A DNA stretch of 64,000 bases from Methanomassiliicoccaceae archaeon (lineage in GTDB: Archaea > Thermoplasmatota > Thermoplasmata > Methanomassiliicoccales > Methanomassiliicoccaceae). This document shows positions 49,338-57,816 of this stretch, piece by piece; the stretch's first letter is position 1; every line of letters starts with the position of its first letter. Below the pieces are notes generated by a model. It ran no database searches. It had not been told where the DNA came from and saw only the letters and a program-made list of their open reading frames with translations. The stretch lies in assembly GCA_040776945.1 (NCBI GenBank), contig JAXGZN010000002.1:608001-672000 (forward strand), in the 5' to 3' direction. The translations under genes were made by a program, and so were the position numbers.

Positions 49338-50412
49338 CTACGACCCTCACCGGGGAAGGATGCTGAAGGTGCTCGACCAGAACGGGAAAGTAGTGGAGAA
49401 GGCCCTCGAGCCGAAGCTCGACGATTCGGTGCTGGAGAGAGCATACCGCACCATGGTGCTCTCCAGAGCGGCGGACGAGAAGGCGGTCATCCTCCAGCGG
49501 CAGGGCCGCCTGGGAGCGTATCCGCCCAATCACGGCCAGGAGGCGGCGTCCATGGGCCCGGCGATGGCGCTGGAGGAAGGGGATTGGCTCGTATGGGCGT
49601 TCCGTGAGCTGGCAGGACTGCTGTGGAAGGGCCTTCCTCTGCTGAACTATTATCTATATTGGATGGGGAACGAGGAGGGTAGCCGCTACCCGCCAGGGCT
49701 TAACATCACTCCGGCCTCGATACCGGTGGCGTCCCAGATGCCCATCTCGGTCGGCATCGCCTACGCCTCGGCGCTGCGCTCGGAGAACAGGGTCACCCTG
49801 GCCTTTTGCGGCGACGGGGGGACATCAGAGGGCGATTTCCACGAGGCCATGAACGTTTCAGGCGTTCTCCGCACGCCCAATGTGTTCGTGGTCCAGAACA
49901 ACCAATGGGCCATTTCCGTTCCCAGGAGCAGGCAGACCGCAGCGCCCACGATCGCCCAGAAGGCCTGCGCCTATGGCCTCAAGGGCATCCAGGTGGATGG
50001 GAACGACCTGTTGGCCATGTATATCGCTACCAAGGAGGCGGCGGAGCGCGCGAGGAGAGGCGAGGGCCCAACGCTGATCGAGGCGTACACCTATCGGATG
50101 GGGAACCACACCACCTCGGACGACGCGAGGAAATACCGCCTGGAGAGCGAAGCGAAGGGATGGGAGCTGCGGGACCCCATCTCCCGGCTCAAGGCGTACC
50201 TGATCTCCCGCGGATCGCTGGACGATGACCGGGAGAAGCAGGTTTGGAGCGATGCAAGAGAGGCCGTGGAGAAGGCGGTGGCAGAGGCGGAAGGCTTCCC
50301 GCCACCGGCCCTGGAGGACGTTTTCCAATACACCTACGCGGAGATGCCTTCGGAGCTGAAGACGGAGATGGACAGGCTGCGTGCCGAGCTGAGGGACGGT
50401 GATAAGGGATGA
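49324..50412 (+). CDS. pdhA: 2-oxoacid dehydrogenase E1 alpha
   Basis: LQRQGR, GQEA, GDGGTSEGDFHEAMN...QNNQWAIS and YRMGNHTTSDD. Confidence 0.94.
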   Translation: MLTDDYDPHRGRMLKVLDQNGKVVEKALEPKLDDSVLERAYRTMVLSRAADEKAVILQRQGRLGAYPPNHGQEAASMGPAMALEEGDWLVWAFRELAGLLWKGLPLLNYYLYWMGNEEGSRYPPGLNITPASIPVASQMPISVGIAYASALRSENRVTLAFCGDGGTSEGDFHEAMNVSGVLRTPNVFVVQNNQWAISVPRSRQTAAPTIAQKACAYGLKGIQVDGNDLLAMYIATKEAAERARRGEGPTLIEAYTYRMGNHTTSDDARKYRLESEAKGWELRDPISRLKAYLISRGSLDDDREKQVWSDAREAVEKAVAEAEGFPPPALEDVFQYTYAEMPSELKTEMDRLRAELRDGDKG

Positions 50413-51386
50413 GCGAGATGAACATGGTCTCCGCCCTGAACTCAGCCCTGGCAAACCTGATGGAGGAGGACCCATCGGTCGTGTTGCTGGGAGAGGACGT
50501 GGGGAAGGACGGCGGGGTGTTCCGCGTGACCGAGGGACTGTTCGACCGCTTCGGCGGGAACAGGGTCATCGATACGCCGCTCGCTGAGGCGGCCATCGCC
50601 GGCATGGCGATCGGGATGGCCCTCAACGGCCTCAGGCCGGTGGCGGAGATACAGTTCATGGGTTTCTCCTACCTCACGCTCAACCAGATGATATCCCATG
50701 CTTCCAGGCTCCGGAACCGTTCCCGGGGAAGGTTCACCGTGCCCATGGTCATGCGGACCCCGTACGGCGCCGGCGTCAAGGCCTTGGAGCACCACTCCGA
50801 GAGCACCGAGTCTCTGTACGTTCAGATACCAGGGCTGAAGGTGGTGGTGCCTTCCTCCCCGAGAGAGGCCAAGGGATTGCTCATCTCCGCGGTGCGGGAC
50901 CCTGACCCCGTGGTGTTCCTCGAACCCACCCGTTCCTACCGGCTGTTCAAGGAGGAGGTTGAGGGCACCTCGTTCTCCATCCCCCTGGGACGCGCCAGAA
51001 CGGTGCAGCCGGGCAGCGACGTGACGGTCGTGGGCTGGGGCGCGATGATGCCGCTCATCGCGAAGGCGGCGGAGGCCGCCGGCTCAGAGGGGATAAGCTG
51101 CGAGGTGATCGACCTGAGGACGCTCTCGCCTATGGACAGCGCCGCGGTGGTGAACTCTGTGCGCAGGACCGGGCGCTGCGTCATCGTCCAAGAGGCCCCC
51201 AGGACCTGCGGCGTGGCGGCGGAGCTGATCGCCCGGATCAACGAGGAGGCCCTTCTCTCCCTCGAGGCGCCGGTGGTGCGGGTCACCGCCCCGGACATCG
51301 TGGTGCCGCTCCCCCAGGGAGAGCATTATTATTATCTCAACGCGAACAGGATATACGACGCGGTGAAGAGGGTCGCGGCGTTCTAG
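50409..51386 (+). CDS. pdhB: 2-oxoacid dehydrogenase E1 beta
   Basis: GEDVG..GGVFR.T, DTPLAE, EIQF, EHHSES and IDLRTLSP. Confidence 0.94.
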   Translation: MSEMNMVSALNSALANLMEEDPSVVLLGEDVGKDGGVFRVTEGLFDRFGGNRVIDTPLAEAAIAGMAIGMALNGLRPVAEIQFMGFSYLTLNQMISHASRLRNRSRGRFTVPMVMRTPYGAGVKALEHHSESTESLYVQIPGLKVVVPSSPREAKGLLISAVRDPDPVVFLEPTRSYRLFKEEVEGTSFSIPLGRARTVQPGSDVTVVGWGAMMPLIAKAAEAAGSEGISCEVIDLRTLSPMDSAAVVNSVRRTGRCVIVQEAPRTCGVAAELIARINEEALLSLEAPVVRVTAPDIVVPLPQGEHYYYLNANRIYDAVKRVAAF

Positions 51387-51396
51387 GTGATGAAAG

Positions 51397-52632
51397 ATGG
51401 CGAAGGAGTTCAAGTTCCCTGACCTCGGAGAAGGTGTTACCGAGGGCGAGATCAAGAAGTGGCTGATAAAGGTCGGAGACACGGTCACGAAGGACCAATC
51501 GATCGCCGAGGTGGAGACCGACAAGGCGGTAGTGGAGATGCCCTCGCCATATTCAGGCAAGGTCTTGAAGCTGAACCATCCGGAGGGCGGCATAGTGAAT
51601 GTCGGCGAGGTGCTGGCGGTGATCGGCGAAGAGGATGCAATGGAGGAGCAGGCCGAGCCTCCGCCGTCAACGTCGGTGGTCGGCGAGCTCCCGGAGGCGG
51701 AGACCGAGGTGGTCACCGCCCGGACGTCCGCCGGACCGCCGATCCAGGCCGTTCCCGCCGTTCGAAAACTGGCCAGGGACCTCGGCGTCGACATCGCCGG
51801 CGTGAAGGGCACTGGCCCTGAGGGCAGGATCACCGAGGAGGATGTCCGCAAGGCCGCCGCGCCGGCCGCGAAAGGGGCGGCGCCGGGGTCCGCGGAACCG
51901 AGGATGAGGGCCAAGTTCGACATCTACGGCCGGATCGAGGCGAGGCCCCTCCGAGGGGTCAGGCGTTCGACCGCAAGGCACATGATGGAAGCAAGGTCCA
52001 GCGCCGCTCTCGTCACCACCATGGAGATCGCTGACGTGACCGATCTGGTCGCCCTCAGGAACAAGGTGAACGCCTACGCCCAGGGGTCCAAGGGATTGAA
52101 GCTTACCTTCCTGCCGTTCATCATGAAGGCCGTCATAGCGAGCCTGAGGAAGCACCCCTACATGAACTCCTCCATGGACGAGGAGGCCGAAGAGATAATC
52201 ATCAAGGACTATTACAATCTGGGAATAGCGGTGGCAACCGAGGACGGTCTCCTGGTCCCGGTGGTCAAGGCTGCCGACCAGAAGAGCATCTTCGAACTGG
52301 GCAAAGAGATCAAGGAGCTCGCGGAGGCGGCACAGAGCCGGAAGATCGACCTCGCCGACCTGAAGGGTGGAACGTTCTCCATCACCAACTATGGGGTCTT
52401 CGGAGGGACCTATGCCACTCCCATACCCAACTACCCGGAGGCGGCGATCCTCGGCTTGGGCCGCATTCAGGACGCGCCGATGGTCCACGAGGGAGCGGTG
52501 GTGCCTCGCAAGGTGCTGCACCTGTCCCTGACGTTCGACCACCGGATCATGGACGGGGCGCAGGCGGCCACCTTCCTCACCGACCTGAGGGACTTTCTAG
52601 AACGGCCCGAGCTGATGCTGCTGGACCTCTAG
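51397..52632 (+). CDS. pdhC: dihydrolipoamide acyltransferase E2 (one lipoyl domain)
   Basis: PDLGEG, ETDKA lipoyl Lys, peripheral-subunit-binding domain PAVRKLA...GTGPEGRI and catalytic DHRIMDG. Confidence 0.95.
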   Translation: MAKEFKFPDLGEGVTEGEIKKWLIKVGDTVTKDQSIAEVETDKAVVEMPSPYSGKVLKLNHPEGGIVNVGEVLAVIGEEDAMEEQAEPPPSTSVVGELPEAETEVVTARTSAGPPIQAVPAVRKLARDLGVDIAGVKGTGPEGRITEEDVRKAAAPAAKGAAPGSAEPRMRAKFDIYGRIEARPLRGVRRSTARHMMEARSSAALVTTMEIADVTDLVALRNKVNAYAQGSKGLKLTFLPFIMKAVIASLRKHPYMNSSMDEEAEEIIIKDYYNLGIAVATEDGLLVPVVKAADQKSIFELGKEIKELAEAAQSRKIDLADLKGGTFSITNYGVFGGTYATPIPNYPEAAILGLGRIQDAPMVHEGAVVPRKVLHLSLTFDHRIMDGAQAATFLTDLRDFLERPELMLLDL

Positions 52633-53375
52633 CGGGAGAAGGTCCAGGCCGGGTCCTCGTACCGCGCGCGCGACAGCTCCGAGGCCCTCGCGGACTCGGC
52701 GGCGGTGAGAGGCGATCCCGAGCACTCCTTTCCCCGGCAGAAAGCGGCCTGCAGGCTGGCAAGGAGGTCGCCCGCGCCGCATCCGGTGAGCGAGCGCACC
52801 GAGGTCACTCTGTCCCAGGGGTGCGACAGGGCCTTGTCCGATAGCTTGACCGGATCCACCTTGAGCACCGAGAACATCTTCGCGCTGTCGACATCGTACA
52901 GCACCGTGCCGTGCTGGAGAAAGACCCCTTGCCTGCGGGTCTGAGCGCAACCCGATATTTTGCGGCCTCCGGCCAAGATGTCGTTGATCGGAGCGAACTC
53001 CGAGGCTATCCCGAGATCGGCCAACGCCGCGATGACCCAACCGCAGACCTCCCGGTACGAGGCGAGGATGTCCGCCCCCATCATCGGCTCGGGCGCGATC
53101 ACGCTGTATGTGATCTCCCCGGAGCTGTCATGGTATACCGCCCCTCCGCCGGTGCGCCGGCGGACCACATCCACCCCCATGCGGGCGCAGGCCTCCAGGT
53201 CCACCTCGTCCTGGACCCTCTGAAACCTGCCGATGCTTACCGCCGACGGCCGCCAGGCATAGAACCTGATGGTCGGGGGAGCGTTGCCTAGGCCGACCGC
53301 TTCGGCCACCGCCTCGTCCACGGCCATGTTCACCGAGGCCCGGTGGCCGGTGAACGGCAGCAGGCGCCACCTCAC
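52629..53375 (-). CDS. lplA: lipoate-protein ligase catalytic subunit
   Basis: NMAVDE, RRRTGGGAVYHD, NDI...RKISG.AQ and QHGT. Confidence 0.93.
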   Translation of the reverse strand: MRWRLLPFTGHRASVNMAVDEAVAEAVGLGNAPPTIRFYAWRPSAVSIGRFQRVQDEVDLEACARMGVDVVRRRTGGGAVYHDSSGEITYSVIAPEPMMGADILASYREVCGWVIAALADLGIASEFAPINDILAGGRKISGCAQTRRQGVFLQHGTVLYDVDSAKMFSVLKVDPVKLSDKALSHPWDRVTSVRSLTGCGAGDLLASLQAAFCRGKECSGSPLTAAESARASELSRARYEDPAWTFSR

Positions 53376-53656
53376 TCCAGGGCCTCCCTGATCAGACCGG
53401 CGAGGTCAGGAGACTCGAAGCCGATGGCCACTATGCCGCGCTCCTTCAGTACCCTATCGATCAAAATGGAGATGTCCTTCGAGGCCGTGCTCAGCGGCAG
53501 GCCCGCCAGCGCTTCCTCGACGATATCGATGGCCTCCTCCGGATGCATGAAGAAGTCCCCGGATACCTCCGCCCGGACGATGACCGCTCCATCGTGCTCC
53601 AGGCGGACCGAGAGCATCTTGCCCCCGGCGATCTTCCGTCGGGCGGAGGCTTCCAA
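53372..53656 (-). CDS. lplB: lipoate-protein ligase accessory subunit (stand-alone LplA C-terminal domain)
   Basis: K..GGK...V...GDFFMHPEEAI..EE.L; overlaps the lplA start. Confidence 0.88.
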   Translation of the reverse strand: MEASARRKIAGGKMLSVRLEHDGAVIVRAEVSGDFFMHPEEAIDIVEEALAGLPLSTASKDISILIDRVLKERGIVAIGFESPDLAGLIREALE

Positions 53657-53659
53657 CGC

Positions 53660-53965
53660 TCACTCCTTGGCCAGGTCCAGGATCTGCTGCTTGGTGGTCC
53701 TCATCCCGCAGAGCGCCTTCTTGGTCCTCTCGTTGTACAGGGATGGCACGCCCAGCGAGCCTCCGCATGCCCTTTTAAGGACGTCCCCGTAGGACCGCAT
53801 GAGCTTTGCGTTCTCATCGGAGTGCCATACCTCGAGCTGGGTGATCCCCTGCCCGCCTGCCTTGACCAGCTCCTCGCTCACCTCGTCGACCACCGGGTGA
53901 AGCTTGGCGCAGTGGGGGCATTCGCGACCCCAGAAGAATATCAGTCTGCCGCCTTGTTCCGACAT
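53660..53965 (-). CDS. thioredoxin/glutaredoxin-like protein
   Basis: FWGRECPHC, cis-Pro motif GVPS and extra Cys residues (ACG, LCG). Confidence 0.88.
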   Translation of the reverse strand: MSEQGGRLIFFWGRECPHCAKLHPVVDEVSEELVKAGGQGITQLEVWHSDENAKLMRSYGDVLKRACGGSLGVPSLYNERTKKALCGMRTTKQQILDLAKE

Positions 53966-53966
53966 G

Positions 53967-54395
53967 TCATTTCCTCCCTACGAACAGGCCGCACCAGCAT
54001 TCCCCGGTCTCCCTGTAAACAGGCTGTATGAAGAAGTTGCAGGGGCAGATGAGGTCGAGGTCCTCCTCCAGGTTCCCGGTCGTGATCCTGCAGGGACAGT
54101 ACTTCAGGCCATGGTTCCTCTGGTTCTCCAGCTCACCCCTGGCCAGCGTCTTGACGAACTCGGCGTCGGGGTTCAGCCTGAACGGTTTGCCTTCGGCGAA
54201 CCTCTCCCAGACCTCCAAGAGCTGATCGACCTGGTCCAGGCGGTCCCCTCGGTCTATGATGACCTTCTTCGCTTCCGGATAGTCGATCAGCATGAACGCG
54301 TTCTTCGCGCCGCAGGTGGGGCAGACCTCCGGCCCCTTAATGCCATAATGGATGTCGTTGCACACGTTGCAACGCCAGAGCTTCTTCACGGCCAT
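53967..54395 (-). CDS. rubredoxin-like domain fused to ferredoxin:thioredoxin (disulfide) reductase catalytic domain
   Basis: N-terminal WRCNVC...PEVCPTC; C-terminal LNPD...YCPCR...CPC...GECWCGLF. Confidence 0.9.
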   Translation of the reverse strand: MAVKKLWRCNVCNDIHYGIKGPEVCPTCGAKNAFMLIDYPEAKKVIIDRGDRLDQVDQLLEVWERFAEGKPFRLNPDAEFVKTLARGELENQRNHGLKYCPCRITTGNLEEDLDLICPCNFFIQPVYRETGECWCGLFVGRK

Positions 54396-54494
54396 TATAC
54401 TCCTCCATTGACAATGTTATGTATCGAATATAAACAATTGGGGTCTCGCGAGGAAGCAAAGATTTTTAGGGAACGGCACCCATTTTTCCGCGAT

Positions 54495-54854
54495 ATGACC
54501 GCCATGCGATGCCCGTTCTGCGATACGTTCCTGCAAGGTGATGGGGAAGGACCGCTCTCTATTGCGCTTAAAGGCCACCTGTTGGAGGCACATCATCTGC
54601 GAGCGGAACGCGATGTGCTGTCCGGCGTTAAGTTCCGGGAGCACGATCCGCAAATGTGGGAGGGAATGAAGAGCGGCGCCGTGCCGACGGACCGTGCCGT
54701 GGGAGAGGACGTTGAGGAGTCGGTCCTGTGCCCCTTCTGCGGGGAACGCTTCTTCGGACACGACGGGGAGGACCTGACCCAGCATCTAATAGCCCATTTC
54801 CAGGACGTCCACGGCATCAGAACGCCGGGCAGATCGCTGACCCTGGTGCGCTGA
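54495..54854 (+). CDS. protein with two CxxC-x(18)-HxxxxH zinc-finger-like repeats
   Basis: CPFCD...HLLEAH and CPFCG...HFQDVH. Confidence 0.75.
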   Translation: MTAMRCPFCDTFLQGDGEGPLSIALKGHLLEAHHLRAERDVLSGVKFREHDPQMWEGMKSGAVPTDRAVGEDVEESVLCPFCGERFFGHDGEDLTQHLIAHFQDVHGIRTPGRSLTLVR

Positions 54855-55388
54855 TCAGAGCTTCTTCAGCACCGGGCCCGGGGTCCTGAACTCGCCGTCC
54901 CAGTAAAGGAGGACGTTGGACCTGTCGTAGTTCTTGGCCACATCAGTGTGGACGACCTTGCCCATGTACCATATGTGGTCCCAGTCCCCACGGTCGATCT
55001 GCTCGAGCTTCTTTACCTCGATGTTCAGAGGGCACTCGGCGATGCTTGGCGACCTGATCCGCTTGCCCGGCTCGGGGGTCAGCCCTATCTCGGAGAACTT
55101 GTTCAGCCTGCTGCCGGAATGGTGCCCGCAGCGAACGACGTGGTCCAGTATATCCTTTCCCGGCACGTTCAGGGAGAAATCGTCGGTTTCCTCCAGCAGC
55201 TTATAGCTGTATCTGGATGACCTGATCCCTATGCCCACGATGGTGGGGTCAACCGAGAACACGTTGAACATCCCTATGGTGGTTACGTTCTGCTCCTTCT
55301 CTCCCACTGCCAGGAGCATCACCGGGGCGGGTGGCAACTGCATTACCGCTTCGATCGCTCCCATGTCTAGCTTAATGTCCTCCGTCAT
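54855..55388 (-). CDS. flavin reductase-like (FMN-binding split barrel) protein
   Basis: P.PV, FSLNVP, CG..SG...KF, PSIAECP..IE and DH....G.V. Confidence 0.88.
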   Translation of the reverse strand: MTEDIKLDMGAIEAVMQLPPAPVMLLAVGEKEQNVTTIGMFNVFSVDPTIVGIGIRSSRYSYKLLEETDDFSLNVPGKDILDHVVRCGHHSGSRLNKFSEIGLTPEPGKRIRSPSIAECPLNIEVKKLEQIDRGDWDHIWYMGKVVHTDVAKNYDRSNVLLYWDGEFRTPGPVLKKL

Positions 55389-55490
55389 TGAGACACCGTA
55401 CTTCAATCGACGGCCGGCATTATAATAGCGTCTCCTAACGGGTGAGGGCCCGAGCGCGATCTAATTCCTCCCCGGTTTATCAGGGGCAGC

Positions 55491-55913
55491 TCAGTCCATC
55501 TCGGCGGGGTCCTCCTCGGGCGGAAGGGAGATGAGCCGGCGCCAGGTCTCTCGGTCCACCAGCCGGATGTCCCCCCACTCCTCGTAATAATGAAGCTGAT
55601 AATAGGACATCCAGTTGTTGTTAAGCTCAAGCAGCTTCAGCCGGAAGGCCGCTGCCCGGCCCCGGGGGACCAATACCACCAGCCTTGCCCTCCGCCTCAG
55701 CACCTGGGAGTACTCGAAGAGGAGCTTGGGGTCGTCCAGGGACTCGTCGGTCTCCACGAACTCCTTGCTGAGCACGAAGGCGTCCATGTACGCTGTGATG
55801 ATCCCCCTGCGCCCCCGGACCTCGTACCTTACCTTGGCCTCTGGATATTTCTCCCTCACCTCCCGCTCGGCATCGGCCGCCCTTTTCCTGGTAACCTCAT
55901 CGATCACATCCAT
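55491..55913 (-). CDS. hypothetical protein
   Basis: Fills the gap between neighbours and has host-like codon usage; start uncertain. Confidence 0.65.
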   Translation of the reverse strand: MDVIDEVTRKRAADAEREVREKYPEAKVRYEVRGRRGIITAYMDAFVLSKEFVETDESLDDPKLLFEYSQVLRRRARLVVLVPRGRAAAFRLKLLELNNNWMSYYQLHYYEEWGDIRLVDRETWRRLISLPPEEDPAEMD

Positions 55914-56033
55914 TCGGACCCCGGAGGACAAACGTCGATGGCACTATTTATCTGCAGGTCCCGAGGGCCTCCGCGGCAGCGATGGATAATCGCGGGACAA
56001 TGATTATCTAGGCGCCGTCTTTCATGATGCCAG

Positions 56034-56396
56034 ATGGCCAGGCGTAAGAAGAGGAGGTTCACGATCAAGCCCGTTCTCTCGGCCTTCGTGTGGGGCGTGC
56101 TCGTGTCCCTGGGGATCGATCCGGGGCAGATGGTGTTCGAGACCGTCGCCGCGCATCTCGGGCCATACTTCCGCATCGCCGCGGTGCTCCTCCTGCTCCT
56201 GACGATCTACTTCTCCTACGATTGGATCGTGGAGGGGATCTCTCGTTCCAGAAAGGCCTTCCGTGCCGCGGGCGCGGTGGGCGTCGCGGCGATCGTCCTG
56301 GCGTTCCTGGCAGGGTTCTTCGTGTTCACCTGGGACAGGGCTGCGATAATGCTTCTCGCCTCCGTGCTGGCCTGGCTGTGGGCCACTTTGAGATAA
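56034..56396 (+). CDS. small multi-TM membrane protein
   Basis: Basic N-terminus followed by four hydrophobic segments. Confidence 0.72.
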   Translation: MARRKKRRFTIKPVLSAFVWGVLVSLGIDPGQMVFETVAAHLGPYFRIAAVLLLLLTIYFSYDWIVEGISRSRKAFRAAGAVGVAAIVLAFLAGFFVFTWDRAAIMLLASVLAWLWATLR

Positions 56397-56434
56397 AGAT
56401 AAAGAAGAAGGAGGCCCGAAGGCCGCGAAGGGCC

Positions 56435-56716
56435 TCACTTGGAATCGATGATCTTTATGAGGTGGTAGCCGAACTCCGTCTTGACGGGACCGACGACCTC
56501 TCCCTTCTTCCCGTTGAAGGCGGCATCCTCAAACTTCTTCACCATCTGTCCCCGGCCGAAGGTGCCCAGGTCCCCGCCCTTGCTCTTGGAGGGGCACTCC
56601 GAGTACTGCTTGGCGATGGCCTCGAAGCTCTCACCGGATTTGATGCGGGCAAGAAGCTCGAATGCCTTGCTCTGGTCCTTGACAAGTATGTGCGCAGCGT
56701 GTACTTTGGTAGCCAT
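56435..56716 (-). CDS. ppiC: parvulin-type peptidyl-prolyl isomerase
   Basis: AAHILV, F..IAK.YS.CPS..KGGDLG.F..GQMV..FE and FGYHLI. Confidence 0.95.
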   Translation of the reverse strand: MATKVHAAHILVKDQSKAFELLARIKSGESFEAIAKQYSECPSKSKGGDLGTFGRGQMVKKFEDAAFNGKKGEVVGPVKTEFGYHLIKIIDSK

Positions 56717-57103
56717 GGCCTCTCGGCACGCTTGAACCGGGATAAATATCTTCGTCTGCAGCGGCAGTTAAAGCCGCGTCCTATCTGACCTCTCCAAGGC
56801 CGTGCTCTTTGGTCCGCTAACCGGCGCGGCCGGCGCTGCCGCCCTTAGGCGGCCGTCGACCGACGTCGCGGACGGGGCCCCACTCCGCCGGCCGCGGTCC
56901 CCATGGATCGATGCCCCTTAAACATCCGCGTTGGTCCCAGGGACGCCAAGGCCGTCATGGGCCGCCGTCCAAGCGAGGCGGTGCCTGTCCTACTGCATCC
57001 AATGGAGCGCCTTACACTTCAATATCGCAACGGTGCCTGCATTGGGTCCGTTTGGGCAACGGGAGAGAAAGAGCGTTATTCTCGTTCGATATTGCGCCTT
57101 TGG

Positions 57104-57775
57104 ATGCTGGAAAAGGCCCGTTATCTGGTAAGCCGTCATATCCGTCCCATCAATGCGCTGCAGGAGGGCATATACGGCCTCATCATGGCCCTGGCCACCA
57201 TCAGCGTGGTCTCCCTTACCATAGGGCTGGACGATTCCACCCGCACCACCATTGCGCTCTCGGCCTTGGGGGTCAACATAACCTGGGGCCTGGCGGACAT
57301 GCTTATCATAGGCACCCTGGAGAGCTTGGACCGCGCCTGCCGCGCCCGTCTGGCCGACCGCCTGTTCAGCGAGCCGGACGAGGACTGGGCCCTGGAGGCC
57401 GTCCGGAAGGACCTGGAGGGAACGGTGGTGGACCGCCTGGACCCTGTTGACCGGTCCCGCATATACCTTGATATCCTCGAAAGCGGCTCGATCTCACTGG
57501 AACCTTGCCCCCGTTTCGGGAAAGAGGTCTTTAAGGGCGCCGGGCTGTCCTTCGCGATCACCGTGATCGCGGCCCTCCCGGCAGTGTCGGCCCTCATGCT
57601 CATAGGCCCGGTGGTGTTGGCGTTCCAAGCGGCCTCGACGGCGGTCGTCGTCCTCTTGTTCCTACTGGGCTTCGCCTGGGCCCCCGTCGCCGGAGTGGCC
57701 AGGTGGAAGGTGGGTCTCGCGCTCTCGGGCATCGGGCTGCTGATCGCCCTGTCCACCCTTATCATCGGCGGATAG
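57104..57775 (+). CDS. membrane protein, VIT1/CCC1-like
   Basis: E.IYGLIMAL..I, G.NITWGLAD, a soluble loop and three C-terminal TM helices. Confidence 0.65.
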   Translation: MLEKARYLVSRHIRPINALQEGIYGLIMALATISVVSLTIGLDDSTRTTIALSALGVNITWGLADMLIIGTLESLDRACRARLADRLFSEPDEDWALEAVRKDLEGTVVDRLDPVDRSRIYLDILESGSISLEPCPRFGKEVFKGAGLSFAITVIAALPAVSALMLIGPVVLAFQAASTAVVVLLFLLGFAWAPVAGVARWKVGLALSGIGLLIALSTLIIGG

Positions 57776-57816
57776 GCACATCAACCTTATTAGCGGGGGC
57801 TCCATTCGCTGATGTG

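Noticed and set aside
53904-54494. 316-aa ORF 53904..54854
   Set aside because: The 5' part is antisense to the FTR-like gene; only 54495..54854 is credible.
56800-56900. GC-rich self-complementary intergenic stretches (also about 60185-60215 and 63240-63340)
   Set aside because: They share no clear consensus and are expected by chance at this GC level.
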